The notes under the pieces: model-generated
Seen by the model: only the letters and a program-made list of their open reading frames with translations
Databases searched by the model: none
What the model was told of the DNA's origin: nothing
Virus record (IMG/VR): IMGVR_UViG_3300028556_000001
Coordinates: 1-64,000 of that record
Direction: 5' to 3' (one strand)
DNA length: 64,000 nucleotides
Origin: a virus
Program-made: the position numbers and the translations under genes
Part shown: positions 27,680 through 38,345 of the stretch, piece by piece
How the letters are laid out: the number at the start of each line of letters is the position of its first letter
Numbering within the stretch: position 1 is the first letter of the stretch

Positions 27680-28081
27680 ATGTCGAATGAAATTCATTTC
27701 AACACCGCGCTCAATCTCTACCAACGGAACGGACTGGAAAAAGTCTTCTGGACGCAACTGGCGTGGCATTTTTCTTACGCTTATGTTTTCTCCACTCCCG
27801 ATTATTTTGTCCAGTTTCACCCGTGGGAGCACGACCGCGAGCACGCCGCAGACGGCGATGCGCCCGTCCCCCTCGCCGACGCCGACTGCTGGTATATGCA
27901 GGTCGTCGCCGGAGACCTCCGCAAATTTGTGCTGGCAGTCGAGAGCAACCCGGACATCCCCAGACTCCCGTTCGTGGCAAGCCACCGAATGCGGACGATT
28001 GCTGGCCGGGCATCCTTCCATACCCGTTGCTGGCCTTACGACCTTTTCCTCCAACACTTAAAACTTCACCTACCAAAATAA
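27680..28081 (+). CDS. hypothetical protein (position of internal virion protein A / acetyltransferase-like gene)
   Basis: Synteny only; DCWYMQVVAGDL. Confidence 0.5.
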   Translation: MSNEIHFNTALNLYQRNGLEKVFWTQLAWHFSYAYVFSTPDYFVQFHPWEHDREHAADGDAPVPLADADCWYMQVVAGDLRKFVLAVESNPDIPRLPFVASHRMRTIAGRASFHTRCWPYDLFLQHLKLHLPK

Positions 28082-28085
28082 TCCC

Positions 28086-29048
28086 ATGGGCGGCGGCGGC
28101 ACAGCATCCTACTCTCCAGTCAACCTCACCACGTTGGAAAACTTGGTGTCGGGACAGGCAGCGAAAAACCTGCCTGCCTCCCAGCAGTTGCAGCAGCAAT
28201 ACAATCCCGCGCTCTGGCAGGCCCAGCAGTCCGGGCAGTCCGCGCTTTCCTCGCTCGTTCCGCAGGCCACCACGACAGGCACACTCGCCACTCAGGGAGC
28301 CAATGCGGTTGCCGGTTCTCTGGGGTATAATCCTCAGACCATCACGATGCCGACGCTGGCGGCGAATCCGATACAGGCCCAGACGAACAATTTGGTCGCC
28401 CAGAGGCTCCAGAACCCCGGCGCACTACCTTGGGACGTTCGCAACCAACTCGTGCAGCAGGGGGCTTCGCAGGCGGGTCAGACGGGCACGCTAAATGGGA
28501 GTGGTGGCCAGAACATCTCGGACGCCGCACTCGGCCTCAACAGCCTTAGCCTCTCGAATGCCAATATCGGCCTCGGCAACACCGTAGGCCAGCAGAATCA
28601 GGCACTCGCCCAGCAGCAGCAGGGGTTGAATGTCGCCACACAGGGGCAGAATGTGGGGTATGGCCTCCAGAATCAAAGCCGGTTGCCGGTGGCGGCATCG
28701 GCCCTCACCCAAGGTTACGGGCAGTCCCTTTCCCCCCTCTATTTCTCGCAAGGACTTGGCCTGCCGCAATCCGGCATAGACCCCGGTGCGCTGGGTTCGG
28801 CTTACGTCGCCAATCAGAATGCCATGAATCAGTTTGCCCAGCAGCAGGCCGCGAATCAGACGGCGCAGAACAATGCGTGGCTCGGCTTTGGGGGCGGATT
28901 ATTGGGTGCCCTCGGTTCCGGGCTGGCCTTGAGCGGGGCATTCGGCGGCTCGACGCCAACCAACAGTTATGGCGGAGCAGGCTCAACGCCGATTTTGAGT
29001 GGAGCGTCATCCATCAATCCCTATGCCGGAGGGTATTCCTTCCATTAA
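28086..29048 (+). CDS. putative DNA ejection (pilot) protein
   Basis: MGGGG start, Q/N/G/A-rich, C-terminal glycine-zipper hydrophobic segment. Confidence 0.62.
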   Translation: MGGGGTASYSPVNLTTLENLVSGQAAKNLPASQQLQQQYNPALWQAQQSGQSALSSLVPQATTTGTLATQGANAVAGSLGYNPQTITMPTLAANPIQAQTNNLVAQRLQNPGALPWDVRNQLVQQGASQAGQTGTLNGSGGQNISDAALGLNSLSLSNANIGLGNTVGQQNQALAQQQQGLNVATQGQNVGYGLQNQSRLPVAASALTQGYGQSLSPLYFSQGLGLPQSGIDPGALGSAYVANQNAMNQFAQQQAANQTAQNNAWLGFGGGLLGALGSGLALSGAFGGSTPTNSYGGAGSTPILSGASSINPYAGGYSFH

Positions 29049-29051
29049 GTC

Positions 29052-30095
29052 ATGCCCGACATCACCAGCACCTCCGGTTTCGGCCTGCAAGACTTTCCCC
29101 GCTATCCGGGGTTTGAGAATCCGAATTTCTTTGCCCTCGACCCCTCGCGGATATTGCAGGGGTTTAATCAGGGATTAGACACCACGAGCAATGCCGCGAC
29201 GATGGTGGACAGAATCCGGGCGGCAAATGCACAGGCCCAACTACAGACGGGACAGGCCGGAGCGCAACTTGGCCTCCTCCCGCAGCAAACGGCCTTAGCC
29301 TCTCAGCAGCTTGGGGCGCAATCTCAGCTTCTTCCCCTCCAAACCGCAGCCACTCAAGGGGGTCTGCAAAACACCGCGACCGGAGAGCAGTTGCAGCAGA
29401 CAGGATTGAATCAGTCACGGCAGCAACTTGCGGAGTTCGGCAACCTTCTGAAAATTAACGACCAAGTAAAGAACTTGCCGGATGGGGGCGCGACCATCCT
29501 TAATCCGCAGACACTTGCCCAGATTCAGGCCCTCTCCAAGGCTTCCCAGCTTACGGGTGGACTGACCCCGACATTCGAGCAGTTCCAAGCCGCCCCCGGA
29601 AATTTTGCGAAGATAGCTGACATCAATTCCCAGATTGCCCAGCGCGGGGCGGAAGCGGCCAAGAATCAGGCCCTCGCCCTCGCCCTGCCGCCCTACTACA
29701 ACGCCCGCGCCAACGACATGAACGCACAGGGAGCGCAGCGGATGAATTATAGCTCGTTGAATAAGGCGGCATCAGACGCGGGGCTGAACCTGAATGACTA
29801 CGTGAACTGGGATGCCTATAATTCCGCGATGCAGCAGTGGGATGACAACGGACAAAAGGGTGTTCCGCCCCAGCAGCAGAATTATCTCGGCCCGGAATTT
29901 CAGACCGACCTTCAGGACGCGCAGGCCAAGATGGAAAAACTGAAACACCCCAAGAGTTCGACGGATATTGACCTGACGGGAGGCTTGGGGAGTTCACGCT
30001 CCGCTCCCACCTCCGGCAACACATCCACGCCGGGTAACACCTTCAACTTCAGCATCCTTCCCAGCGGCCAGACTTCGTTCACGCCCGCGCAGTAA
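29052..30095 (+). CDS. putative DNA ejection protein
   Basis: Q/A-rich helical protein between the pilot and the giant protein. Confidence 0.58.
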   Translation: MPDITSTSGFGLQDFPRYPGFENPNFFALDPSRILQGFNQGLDTTSNAATMVDRIRAANAQAQLQTGQAGAQLGLLPQQTALASQQLGAQSQLLPLQTAATQGGLQNTATGEQLQQTGLNQSRQQLAEFGNLLKINDQVKNLPDGGATILNPQTLAQIQALSKASQLTGGLTPTFEQFQAAPGNFAKIADINSQIAQRGAEAAKNQALALALPPYYNARANDMNAQGAQRMNYSSLNKAASDAGLNLNDYVNWDAYNSAMQQWDDNGQKGVPPQQQNYLGPEFQTDLQDAQAKMEKLKHPKSSTDIDLTGGLGSSRSAPTSGNTSTPGNTFNFSILPSGQTSFTPAQ

Positions 30096-30130
30096 ATTGA
30101 CATTCACCGAAAAAGGAGCAAGATAAGCGT

Positions 30131-33100
30131 GTGCCCTCCTACGGCGTCAATCTTCCCGGCGGTCAGTCCATCACTCTGAATGGAGACTCTCCACCCACGG
30201 CTGCCGTGGTCATGGACTTTCTTCAGCAGCATGGCTTACCCCAGAGCGTGCCCGTCACGCAGGCCGCACAAGTAGGGAAACAGCTTCCGGTCGGAACCCG
30301 TTTCGTGACGCGGGGAGGAGATGTTTCCGCTGGCGAGAATGGCGTGCAACCCGTGATTGTGGCCAAGGGCGGTCGAGTTCTTCCCTATTCCCCGCCAGCC
30401 CAGAACGCGGCCCTTCAGGGATTGATTTCGCACCCAGACCTCACGGACGACCAGCGCAAGCAGATAGTCCAAGCGTATGCCGATGACTTCACGCGGGGAA
30501 TTGAGTTACCGCCCTCGGCAGCCCGTTCCCTGATAGACCATTTCGTCACGTCAGCCACGGCCCCCGGCTCCATTGCCACTTCCCGGCCTCCGGTCTCTGC
30601 CAACTCCACTACTCTAACCGGACTGACGCCGGATGGACAGTTGGCCCAGCCGGAAGTTCCCGCAGGCTCCAATCTTTTCACCCAAGCCGCCTCCGCTCAA
30701 GCTACGTCTGTCTCCCCCAGCCAACTGACGGTGCCAAACAATCTCGTGGAGGACAGGGTGAATGAAGCAAAGCGGCTGGCCCGACAGGACTCAACGCAGG
30801 CCGATACATGGGCGCAGAAATTGGGCGCAACGGTGGGCGAATTGGGCGGTGGGGTGGCCTACAATCCGGCTCTTGCCGCTACCCCCGTAGGGCCGGAAGC
30901 GGAAGGCGCGGCCCTGCTTTCCCGTGCTGGCCTGACCGCATTGGGCAGGCAAGCAGCCATCTTGGGTGGTGCAGGGGTGGCGCAATCGGCCCTCCAAGAC
31001 CAGCCTGCGAGAATCGCGCTCGGCGAGCAAAACGGCTTCGACATCGGGCAGGCGTTGGCGTCGGGGGCGCAGTTTGGGGCCGGGGCCGCTGGGGTGAAAC
31101 TGCTTGGACACGGCATAGCTGCCTTGACCGACCGCGCCTTTAAGCCTGCATTGCCTCTACAACCGCCCGTGGCCGCACCGGAAGCTCCGGCCCCTATCCA
31201 GACACCCCCAGCACCCGAAACCCCTCCCTCCGGCCCTTCCAGCCCCGTTCCTGCGCCTGCCCCGTCCCCTATCCCCACTCCCGCAGCCCTGAATGCCACG
31301 GCAGAGGGTGGATTATTGCCACAAGGCACGCCCGCGACCATTCAAGTTTCACCGCCTCCTGCTACCGCACCTTTACCACAACCTGAAACCGCCATCCCAG
31401 AACCCAATGAACCAACCAAAGTATCCGTTCTACAAAACGACCTCGGCGTGGCTTCGCAAAGCCCGCTTATCACAGCCGCGAGTAACGTTAGAGCACGCGC
31501 AGCAGCAAGCGCAGCGAACAATGGGCGCGGATTTCCGGGCACGCTCGATGAAGCCCTCGCCGTCAAAAGCCTGAGCGACCAAGCCAACCTGTCAGGCAGA
31601 GTGACGCCCCCGGCTGACTTCACAGCCTCCGGCGGGGAGCATGATGCGTGGTTCGACCCCCAATCCAATCGCTACTTCAAAACCACCCGACCGGGCGACT
31701 ACGGCAAGAACGCCTCCGGGGTGGGGATTGCCCGGCCCTCGGACTACCTTGAACGGCTGGCTCTCACCAACTCCATCTTTGGCGACGACATCAAGGTTGA
31801 AGGCACGCTCGGACACGGGGACGACCTCCAGATTGTGACTTCCCAGCCCTACGTTGACGGCGTGGCGGCATCCAAGCCGGAGATAAAATCTTTCATGGAA
31901 GCTAAGGGACTGGAGCAGGTCAACCCTACGACCTACGTTAATCGCCAGACGGGGATTGTGGTTGGGGATGCCAAGCCCAAGAACGTGCTGGCCACCAAGG
32001 ACGGCTCACTTTTCCCGATAGACGTGCAGGTTCAGAAGCTCGCGCCGGAAGCGGTGGAGAAGCTTTATCCTCCGAAGCCACGGAAGGAAGGTGGGGCACA
32101 GACGCAGCCCCAAGTTCAAGCCCAGCAACTCCTCCCCGTTGGCGGGGAATCGCCCGCGCCCCTGAGAGTGAGACTTCAGAATCGCATGGCAGCCTTAGAC
32201 GCTCAAATGGCCGCGCACGAGGACGCTTTCGATACCGCCAAGGGCAAGGAATTTGACAAACTTGCCGAAGAGCATACCGCAATGGAGAAGGAGAGGAACC
32301 AAGTGGCTGACCGGATTGAGCATTTGCAGACGGCGGAAATAGCCGGACGGCCACAACCGCCGATTGCGCCCGTAAGGCCATGGGAGCAGGCATTGGCAGA
32401 GGAACGTGCCGCTAAACCCGCAGAACCAGAAGAGCCCAAGCGCGGATTTAACACCCCGGAAGAAGCTGCCGTCATAGAGCAGAAAAAGCACGCCGCCGCA
32501 CAGGAAGAAGCCCTGAAAAACCTTCCTCCAATTAAGCGCGGAGAGGAATTGGTCTATCTGCGCCGACCGTATTCCCCGCAATGGGGCACAAACGCCATCT
32601 GGAAGCCCACTTCCGGCAAGCTCATCAAACTGGAGGCACTTCCGAAGTATAATTTTGTCTTAAGCAAGGACGGCAACACATGGGAGGTTTCCGAGTTCGC
32701 CACTGGACGGCGCATTGCGGGATATGAGCCGACTCGTGCTGCGGTGATTGCCAAGGCCGAGGAGATTATTAAAAAAGCCGGGGTCAAGAAATTTGAACAA
32801 TCAGTCCGAGACGCTCTTAAAACCACGCCCTCCAAGCCCAATTTAGAACCACCCACCACCCAAGGAGGACAACCCAATGCCACTACCCAAATCCGGCAGC
32901 CAGAAATCGCTGCAAGCCAGTTTCCACGACCTGAGACACGGCCCGCAATTCCAGCGAACCAAGAGCAAGTTCGGGCTCAAGAAGGCCGTAGCCCAGATGG
33001 AGGCGGCAGCCCTCAGCAACCAGCGCAAGTTTCTGCACAAGCCCCATCGTCAAGCGGGCCTGCGGAAGCCGCACTTTCCGTAAAGCCCGAAGCCGTGCTC

Positions 33101-36100
33101 TACAAGGAGCCACAGGTCAAGCTCACGCTCCCCAAGGACGCGACCGGCATCTCCCTCACGAACGAGAAGGGTCTAAGGAAATTCTACACCAAGGCAGAAT
33201 TGGAGAAAAGCAACATCCTGCAAGGTTCGCCCGTGAAGGATGTGCAGCCCGCTCGCATGGTGGGCGGGAAGGTGCAGGGCGTGAAGGGCGATGTGGGGGT
33301 TGCGCCAAAAGCCCTAACCAGCAAGACACCGGGAGAGATTTTGGGGTTCGGGGCCAGAATCAAGGCCATGCCACCCGACGAAACTCCCATCGCCAACACC
33401 CCGGAAGAGGTGAGCACCCTCCAAGCCACCTATACGCCGGGTCTGCCTGCGGGAACTTCCGTGGCACAGGGGGTTAAGTCCCTTCTCCTGCCCTCCTCCA
33501 AGAGCGCAGGCCATCTCCGTGCCGCTGAAGACTTGGGGGGCAAACTGGGAGCCATGAATCGCCGCTCCGAGGCGTCTGCCTCTCAGCTAAAGCCATCCGA
33601 AAAGTTGTTCGACCGTTTGGGCGTTCACAATGAGAAGCTGCCACCCGAAAAGAATCCGGGCATCCAATTCATGTCCGACTTGTCGCAAGGCCGCGAGGTT
33701 GACCCGAAGTTCAAGGCGGCGGCGGATTTGGTGGACAGGCAGTTTACGGACAGGCTGGAGAAGCTGGAAGCTGCCGGAGCACCCTTGCAGACCATCCGCG
33801 AGAACTACTTTCCCGGCATGTGGACGCGGGAGTCCAGAATGGCGTTCAACGCTGCGATGGAGAAGGCCAAGGCGGAAGGGATTATCGGCGAGGACTTCGA
33901 CGCCAATTTAGCCACGCCAGCTCAGAAAGCCTACATCAAGGGAACGGTGGATGAGTTCCTGAAGAACGGCACCGCGAGCGACAAGGACATGTTGCAATAC
34001 CTGACGCGCTCCCCGCTCAAGGGGAAGGAATCCTTTCGCAAGGGGAAGGTCTTTGACGACATTATGACCGGCGCGGAACTTGGCCTGCGCCCCATTTCCA
34101 GCAATCCCATTGACCTCGTGAAAGGCAAGCTGGCGGAAATGGACAGGTCAATCATGGCGAATGAGTTTTTCCAGCAGCAAAAATCCAAGGGCAAACTCCA
34201 GACGATAAGCCCCTACGAGCAGGTTCCTGACGGCTGGCAGAAGGTGAATGACAAATACGGCACCATCTACGGCCCTCCGACCGTGAAGGTCGCGGAGCAC
34301 GTGGACAAGGCGGTTTACGAGGGACTACTGGATGCGGCCAAGCGGCTTGGGGTGTCCCACCAGCGGTTAATGAAGCTCCCGGCGAAACGCGCCCTCGGCC
34401 TGTCCTTTCAGGGCCAGAACAAAATCCTCTCCAAATTCGGCACCGAAACGTCCGTCATCGCCCATGAACTCGGCCACCAGCTTGACGAGAAATACGACCT
34501 CTGGAACAATCTCCTGAAGCGCGATTCCGGCAAAGGCTTTGCTCCCGGTCGCTCGGAACTACGCAACATTGCCGACCTGACGGGTGAAAGAGGGGGTAAT
34601 CCCCGCTCCCAGAATGAGAAAATCGCCCAAGTCCTCGAAGCCTACGTTCATTCGCCGGAGAAGATGCAGGAGGTGGCCCCGAGAGTGTTCAAATGGTTCG
34701 ACAACTTCATCAAGTCAAAACCGGAACTCAAGGGCATTGCGGACATCAAGCCGGGCATCGAACTCAAAAAGCTGGAGGGCGAAAAATACGTCGGGCTGCC
34801 CATTCTCGGCTATCGGATTGTCCCCAATGAAGTCGGCGACATCCTAAATAACTACCTCTCGTCCTCGCTCTACAACAATCCCTATTTCGGCAAGCTCTAC
34901 AAAGGCTGGATGGCGACAGCCAACGTCCTGAATCAATCGCAGTTGGGGGTTGGCTCGGCTTTTCACGCCGGGTTCACCACGGGAGACGCCCAAGTGTCGG
35001 CGAATGCCAACCTCCTGAAAGACCTGTATGGCGTGGCGCGAGGCAACCGCACACTGGCAGACCTTGGCAACTCGGCCAAGAATGCGGCTACGGCCTCCAT
35101 CGGCACGGCCTACAAGGGCGACAAGGTGCTCAACGCATGGAGAAATCCGGATGGCGTCATTGACCCCAAGTTGGCTCAGGTGGTGAAGGCGGCGGAACTG
35201 GCCGGAGCCGGGTTTAAGATGGAGCCGGGGTTGAATACCGAGCAGTCCTCGAAGCTCTACCGCGATTGGTTTTCCGGGCATCCGATTAAGGCCGCTCTGC
35301 GCTCCCCGGTGGCGGCAACCGAGCTAATGGCGAAGCCCATCATGGACTACCTTGTGCCGCGCCAGAAGGCCGGGGTGTTCGCGGACTTGGCGAACCGCAT
35401 CATTGAGCAGAATCCCGGCAAGCCGTTGGAGGATTTGGCTCCGCAATTCCGGCAGGCATGGAACCGGGTGGACGCCCGCTTGGGACAGGTGAGATACAAC
35501 CGCCTGTTTATGAATAACACGGCGAAGAACGTCATGCAGGGGCTTGTCCGCGCTCCCGGCTGGTCGGGCGGCACGATTGCAGAGATTGGGGGAGCCTTCC
35601 CTGACGCCGCGCACTTCTTCTCGGAATGGGCCAGAACCGGCAAAGCCCCGGAGAACATCCCCGACCGGGTGGCTTACGTTGCCTCTCTGCTTACCACGGT
35701 CGCGGCCATTTCGGGAGCCTTGACCTATGCATTCACCGGGCAAGCCCCCAAGGGACTCGACTACCTCGCCTTCCGCACGGGCGAAAAAGACCAGCACGGG
35801 AATGACAAGAGATTCATGCTGCCGACGTATGTCAAGGACATCCTCGCCTACACTTCCCAACCCGGAACCACGTTGCTCAATAAGGCCCACCCCCTCATCG
35901 GAGCCATCTCCCAACTCGCGCACAACAAGGACTACTATGGGTATGAAATCCACGACCCCAACGCCAGCTACGGGGCGCAAGCCGGACAGATTGGAAAATA
36001 CGTCCTGAGCAACTTCATCCCCTTCTGGATACGCGGAGCGCAGAAGGCCCAGAGTGGTGCAGGCGGGGCGGTGGCGTCCTATTTCGGCGTCATGCCCGCA

Positions 36101-36724
36101 CCCAATTACATCTCCCAGTCCACGCTCCAGAACCGCATCGAACAACTCTTTGGCGAGCGCACGGGTGAACCCCTGAAGCCTTACGAGCAGCAATTCGCAC
36201 CCAAGCGGGCCACCGACCCAGCCGGACTCTACACCTACCTCTTTAACCGCCTACCATCGTCAGACAAGCAGGCACTCTACAAGACCATGACGCCGGAGGA
36301 GAAGTCGCAGTATGAATTGCCGATGGCGCGACAGGAGGAGATTGATGCCCAGCAGAAACGTTCCCAATCCGTCCACGATATTTACGACGCCTACGCCAAG
36401 ACCCCGGACTCCGGCAAACAAGCCTTCCTCCAACACGCCTTCCAATCCGGCCAGATACCGCACGACCCGCAGAATCCTGCCAAGGCCGACCCGCAGTTCC
36501 AGCAGGCCTTCTCCCGTCTCCATCAAGCCGCCCAGCTAGATGGACAGGGCAAGCAGTTGAAGTCCTTGGGGGTTACGGACGGCTCCCGCGCCAAGGAAAT
36601 GCTGCGAATCATCCTCCAGACCCCACAGGCCGACCGGCCAGCGTTACAGCAGCGGTGGGAGTCTGACAAGGTGTTGACCCCGGCGGTGGCGCAGCAGATT
36701 CGGCAACTGGCGGGGAGTCAGTAG
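30131..36724 (+). CDS. 2197-aa internal virion / polyvalent protein with kinase-like and zincin metallopeptidase domains
   Basis: GGEHDAW...YFKT...YLERLALTNSIFGD...VTSQPYV...GDAKPKNVL...FPID (about 31630-32025); IAHELGHQLD (HExxH 34463-34477); last gene of the structural operon. Confidence 0.75.
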   Translation: MPSYGVNLPGGQSITLNGDSPPTAAVVMDFLQQHGLPQSVPVTQAAQVGKQLPVGTRFVTRGGDVSAGENGVQPVIVAKGGRVLPYSPPAQNAALQGLISHPDLTDDQRKQIVQAYADDFTRGIELPPSAARSLIDHFVTSATAPGSIATSRPPVSANSTTLTGLTPDGQLAQPEVPAGSNLFTQAASAQATSVSPSQLTVPNNLVEDRVNEAKRLARQDSTQADTWAQKLGATVGELGGGVAYNPALAATPVGPEAEGAALLSRAGLTALGRQAAILGGAGVAQSALQDQPARIALGEQNGFDIGQALASGAQFGAGAAGVKLLGHGIAALTDRAFKPALPLQPPVAAPEAPAPIQTPPAPETPPSGPSSPVPAPAPSPIPTPAALNATAEGGLLPQGTPATIQVSPPPATAPLPQPETAIPEPNEPTKVSVLQNDLGVASQSPLITAASNVRARAAASAANNGRGFPGTLDEALAVKSLSDQANLSGRVTPPADFTASGGEHDAWFDPQSNRYFKTTRPGDYGKNASGVGIARPSDYLERLALTNSIFGDDIKVEGTLGHGDDLQIVTSQPYVDGVAASKPEIKSFMEAKGLEQVNPTTYVNRQTGIVVGDAKPKNVLATKDGSLFPIDVQVQKLAPEAVEKLYPPKPRKEGGAQTQPQVQAQQLLPVGGESPAPLRVRLQNRMAALDAQMAAHEDAFDTAKGKEFDKLAEEHTAMEKERNQVADRIEHLQTAEIAGRPQPPIAPVRPWEQALAEERAAKPAEPEEPKRGFNTPEEAAVIEQKKHAAAQEEALKNLPPIKRGEELVYLRRPYSPQWGTNAIWKPTSGKLIKLEALPKYNFVLSKDGNTWEVSEFATGRRIAGYEPTRAAVIAKAEEIIKKAGVKKFEQSVRDALKTTPSKPNLEPPTTQGGQPNATTQIRQPEIAASQFPRPETRPAIPANQEQVRAQEGRSPDGGGSPQQPAQVSAQAPSSSGPAEAALSVKPEAVLYKEPQVKLTLPKDATGISLTNEKGLRKFYTKAELEKSNILQGSPVKDVQPARMVGGKVQGVKGDVGVAPKALTSKTPGEILGFGARIKAMPPDETPIANTPEEVSTLQATYTPGLPAGTSVAQGVKSLLLPSSKSAGHLRAAEDLGGKLGAMNRRSEASASQLKPSEKLFDRLGVHNEKLPPEKNPGIQFMSDLSQGREVDPKFKAAADLVDRQFTDRLEKLEAAGAPLQTIRENYFPGMWTRESRMAFNAAMEKAKAEGIIGEDFDANLATPAQKAYIKGTVDEFLKNGTASDKDMLQYLTRSPLKGKESFRKGKVFDDIMTGAELGLRPISSNPIDLVKGKLAEMDRSIMANEFFQQQKSKGKLQTISPYEQVPDGWQKVNDKYGTIYGPPTVKVAEHVDKAVYEGLLDAAKRLGVSHQRLMKLPAKRALGLSFQGQNKILSKFGTETSVIAHELGHQLDEKYDLWNNLLKRDSGKGFAPGRSELRNIADLTGERGGNPRSQNEKIAQVLEAYVHSPEKMQEVAPRVFKWFDNFIKSKPELKGIADIKPGIELKKLEGEKYVGLPILGYRIVPNEVGDILNNYLSSSLYNNPYFGKLYKGWMATANVLNQSQLGVGSAFHAGFTTGDAQVSANANLLKDLYGVARGNRTLADLGNSAKNAATASIGTAYKGDKVLNAWRNPDGVIDPKLAQVVKAAELAGAGFKMEPGLNTEQSSKLYRDWFSGHPIKAALRSPVAATELMAKPIMDYLVPRQKAGVFADLANRIIEQNPGKPLEDLAPQFRQAWNRVDARLGQVRYNRLFMNNTAKNVMQGLVRAPGWSGGTIAEIGGAFPDAAHFFSEWARTGKAPENIPDRVAYVASLLTTVAAISGALTYAFTGQAPKGLDYLAFRTGEKDQHGNDKRFMLPTYVKDILAYTSQPGTTLLNKAHPLIGAISQLAHNKDYYGYEIHDPNASYGAQAGQIGKYVLSNFIPFWIRGAQKAQSGAGGAVASYFGVMPAPNYISQSTLQNRIEQLFGERTGEPLKPYEQQFAPKRATDPAGLYTYLFNRLPSSDKQALYKTMTPEEKSQYELPMARQEEIDAQQKRSQSVHDIYDAYAKTPDSGKQAFLQHAFQSGQIPHDPQNPAKADPQFQQAFSRLHQAAQLDGQGKQLKSLGVTDGSRAKEMLRIILQTPQADRPALQQRWESDKVLTPAVAQQIRQLAGSQ

Positions 36725-36725
36725 G

Positions 36726-37103
36726 CTACGGTTTGTAATTCTTCGCCATTGTAGCGATGTATTTCCGGCCCGCGTCCTGTTCCTTCCCTGTCAGCTTCCA
36801 TTTCTTCATGTCCACGATATTTTTAATGGCCGTGGAAACCAAGGCAGCCAGACGGCGGGGTTCGATGGCGTCAAGTTCCCATGAAGAATTTCCGAATCGC
36901 CGGATATAGGAAGCGGCGCGGCTATCCGTTATTTTGGCCGGATTTTCAGGAGGTTTCATTTCCTCCACTTGGCTCATGTTCAAGGCCAGCCGATTCACCT
37001 GCAATCCAGAATCTTCGTTTGGCAATCGTCCAAGGGGAATGTTCAGGAATGTTTCCAATCGGTCGGCCACATCCCGTGTCATGTCAATGCCACTAGGGTC
37101 GTG
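36726..37103 (-). pseudogene. 3' half of an interrupted Topo VIA/Spo11-like TOPRIM gene
   Basis: HDPSGIDMTRD...RLALN..QV....P.NPAKITDSRA...SWELDA. Confidence 0.85.
37096..37103. repeat. 8-bp target-site duplication GGGTCGTG (second copy 43265-43272)
   Basis: Exact direct repeat abutting both terminal inverted repeats of element B. Confidence 0.92.
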
Positions 37104-37155
37104 GGTACTGTCCGGTTATGACCACTGACTTTTTACAATCGGCTCTTTCCGGCCT

Positions 37156-37449
37156 TTACTTCTTGGCCTCGGACATGACATAGGCCCGGACTGCGGTGAG
37201 CGGGGAGATGACTGGGGGCAACTCCAGCACGGCAATGGCGTTGCTACCCTTGTCATGGTCATAGGCCCATGCGTAGCAGCGGGAGGCTTGGGGATGGCCT
37301 ACCAGAGCGAACACTTCCACGTCTCCCTCCCAGACCGGGCGACCTTGGAACGTCTCCACCACAGGAACCGTCTCCAGATGCTTGGAATCGGCCCCGTGGA
37401 CGCTCTTAATGGCTTTCTGGAGGTGCGCTAGGTAGTGCTCGCGGTTCAT
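37156..37449 (-). CDS. conserved ~97-aa transposase-coupled protein of unknown function
   Basis: ATGA overlap with the transposase stop; clear paralogue at 41920-42222. Confidence 0.8.
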   Translation of the reverse strand: MNREHYLAHLQKAIKSVHGADSKHLETVPVVETFQGRPVWEGDVEVFALVGHPQASRCYAWAYDHDKGSNAIAVLELPPVISPLTAVRAYVMSEAKK

Positions 37450-38279
37450 TGCTGGTAGGAGAAGAAAACGAGGTCTTTGACGGTAAGGGGTGAACGCTCG
37501 ACGCCAGCAGCCATCGCCGGAGTGCAACGGATTGTGCCGTGGAATTTCACGAGGTTGTAATAGGCGAAGTGCAGGGCGACGGCAGCCTTAAAATTCTCCA
37601 GCTTCTTGCTAAACCCGTTCGTCAAGCGGGCAAAACGGCGGCAGTGCATCCGCACCGTATGATTCTGCTTCTCGACAAAGGACGTGGAAATCTTGGTGGG
37701 GTCAGGACGGCCCACGAGCATGGCCTTGTCCACCTTAACCACGGCAGGAGGGCTATACCTACGCTGTTCCGCCGATTCCGGCGATGCGAACTGCTTTACA
37801 ATCTGCCCGTAGTCAATCCCCACGCCCCAAGTTGTCTCCACCGCCGGGGCGTAGTGAATCAGGCCATCCGTCGAAAGCTGAATGCGCTTCGTCAGCCGCA
37901 TGGAGAGGTCACTAAGGAAAAGGTTCGTGCTTTTGTAGTCCCGTTTGCCGACATGGAAGGCCGGGACGAGCTTCGTTTCAGCATCGAGGGCGACGAAGGT
38001 GTAGGCGTCCCCGTAACCCTGTTTAAAGTCCTCCGGCAAGCAGTTTGCCTGCTTCTTGTTGATGAAGGCCCAAAGTTCGTCGGCCTCCAGCCGTTCACAG
38101 GACAGGTTACGCATGCGGTCGTCTAGGTAGGCCGCGCAGCCTTCGCCGACGCGCTTGCCGACGTTCATCACGGTTTCCTTGTCCACGTCGAGCATACGGC
38201 TGATGCCCCGGATGCTGGAGCCTTCCGCGAGGGCGGACACAATGGAGACTTGCTTGTCGAATGAGAGGTGGTTGCTCAT
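37446..38279 (-). CDS. IS1-family DDE transposase
   Basis: N-terminal HTH; EADELW, LSTDG, STSFVEKQN...RLTNGFSKK, YYN, TPAMAAG. Confidence 0.9.
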   Translation of the reverse strand: MSNHLSFDKQVSIVSALAEGSSIRGISRMLDVDKETVMNVGKRVGEGCAAYLDDRMRNLSCERLEADELWAFINKKQANCLPEDFKQGYGDAYTFVALDAETKLVPAFHVGKRDYKSTNLFLSDLSMRLTKRIQLSTDGLIHYAPAVETTWGVGIDYGQIVKQFASPESAEQRRYSPPAVVKVDKAMLVGRPDPTKISTSFVEKQNHTVRMHCRRFARLTNGFSKKLENFKAAVALHFAYYNLVKFHGTIRCTPAMAAGVERSPLTVKDLVFFSYQQ

Positions 38280-38292
38280 GGGTCGTTTTTGA

Positions 38293-38336
38293 TTGTTGAC
38301 TTAAATGTAATACATCAATACCATTTCGTCAACAAT
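38293..38336. promoter_or_regulatory. overlapping opposed promoters between the transposase and RHH genes
   Basis: ATTGTTGAC...GTCAACAAT inverted repeat supplies a TTGAC -35 on each strand; plus strand TTGACT-N17-TACCAT. Confidence 0.6.
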
Positions 38337-38345
38337 TATTTTTGT

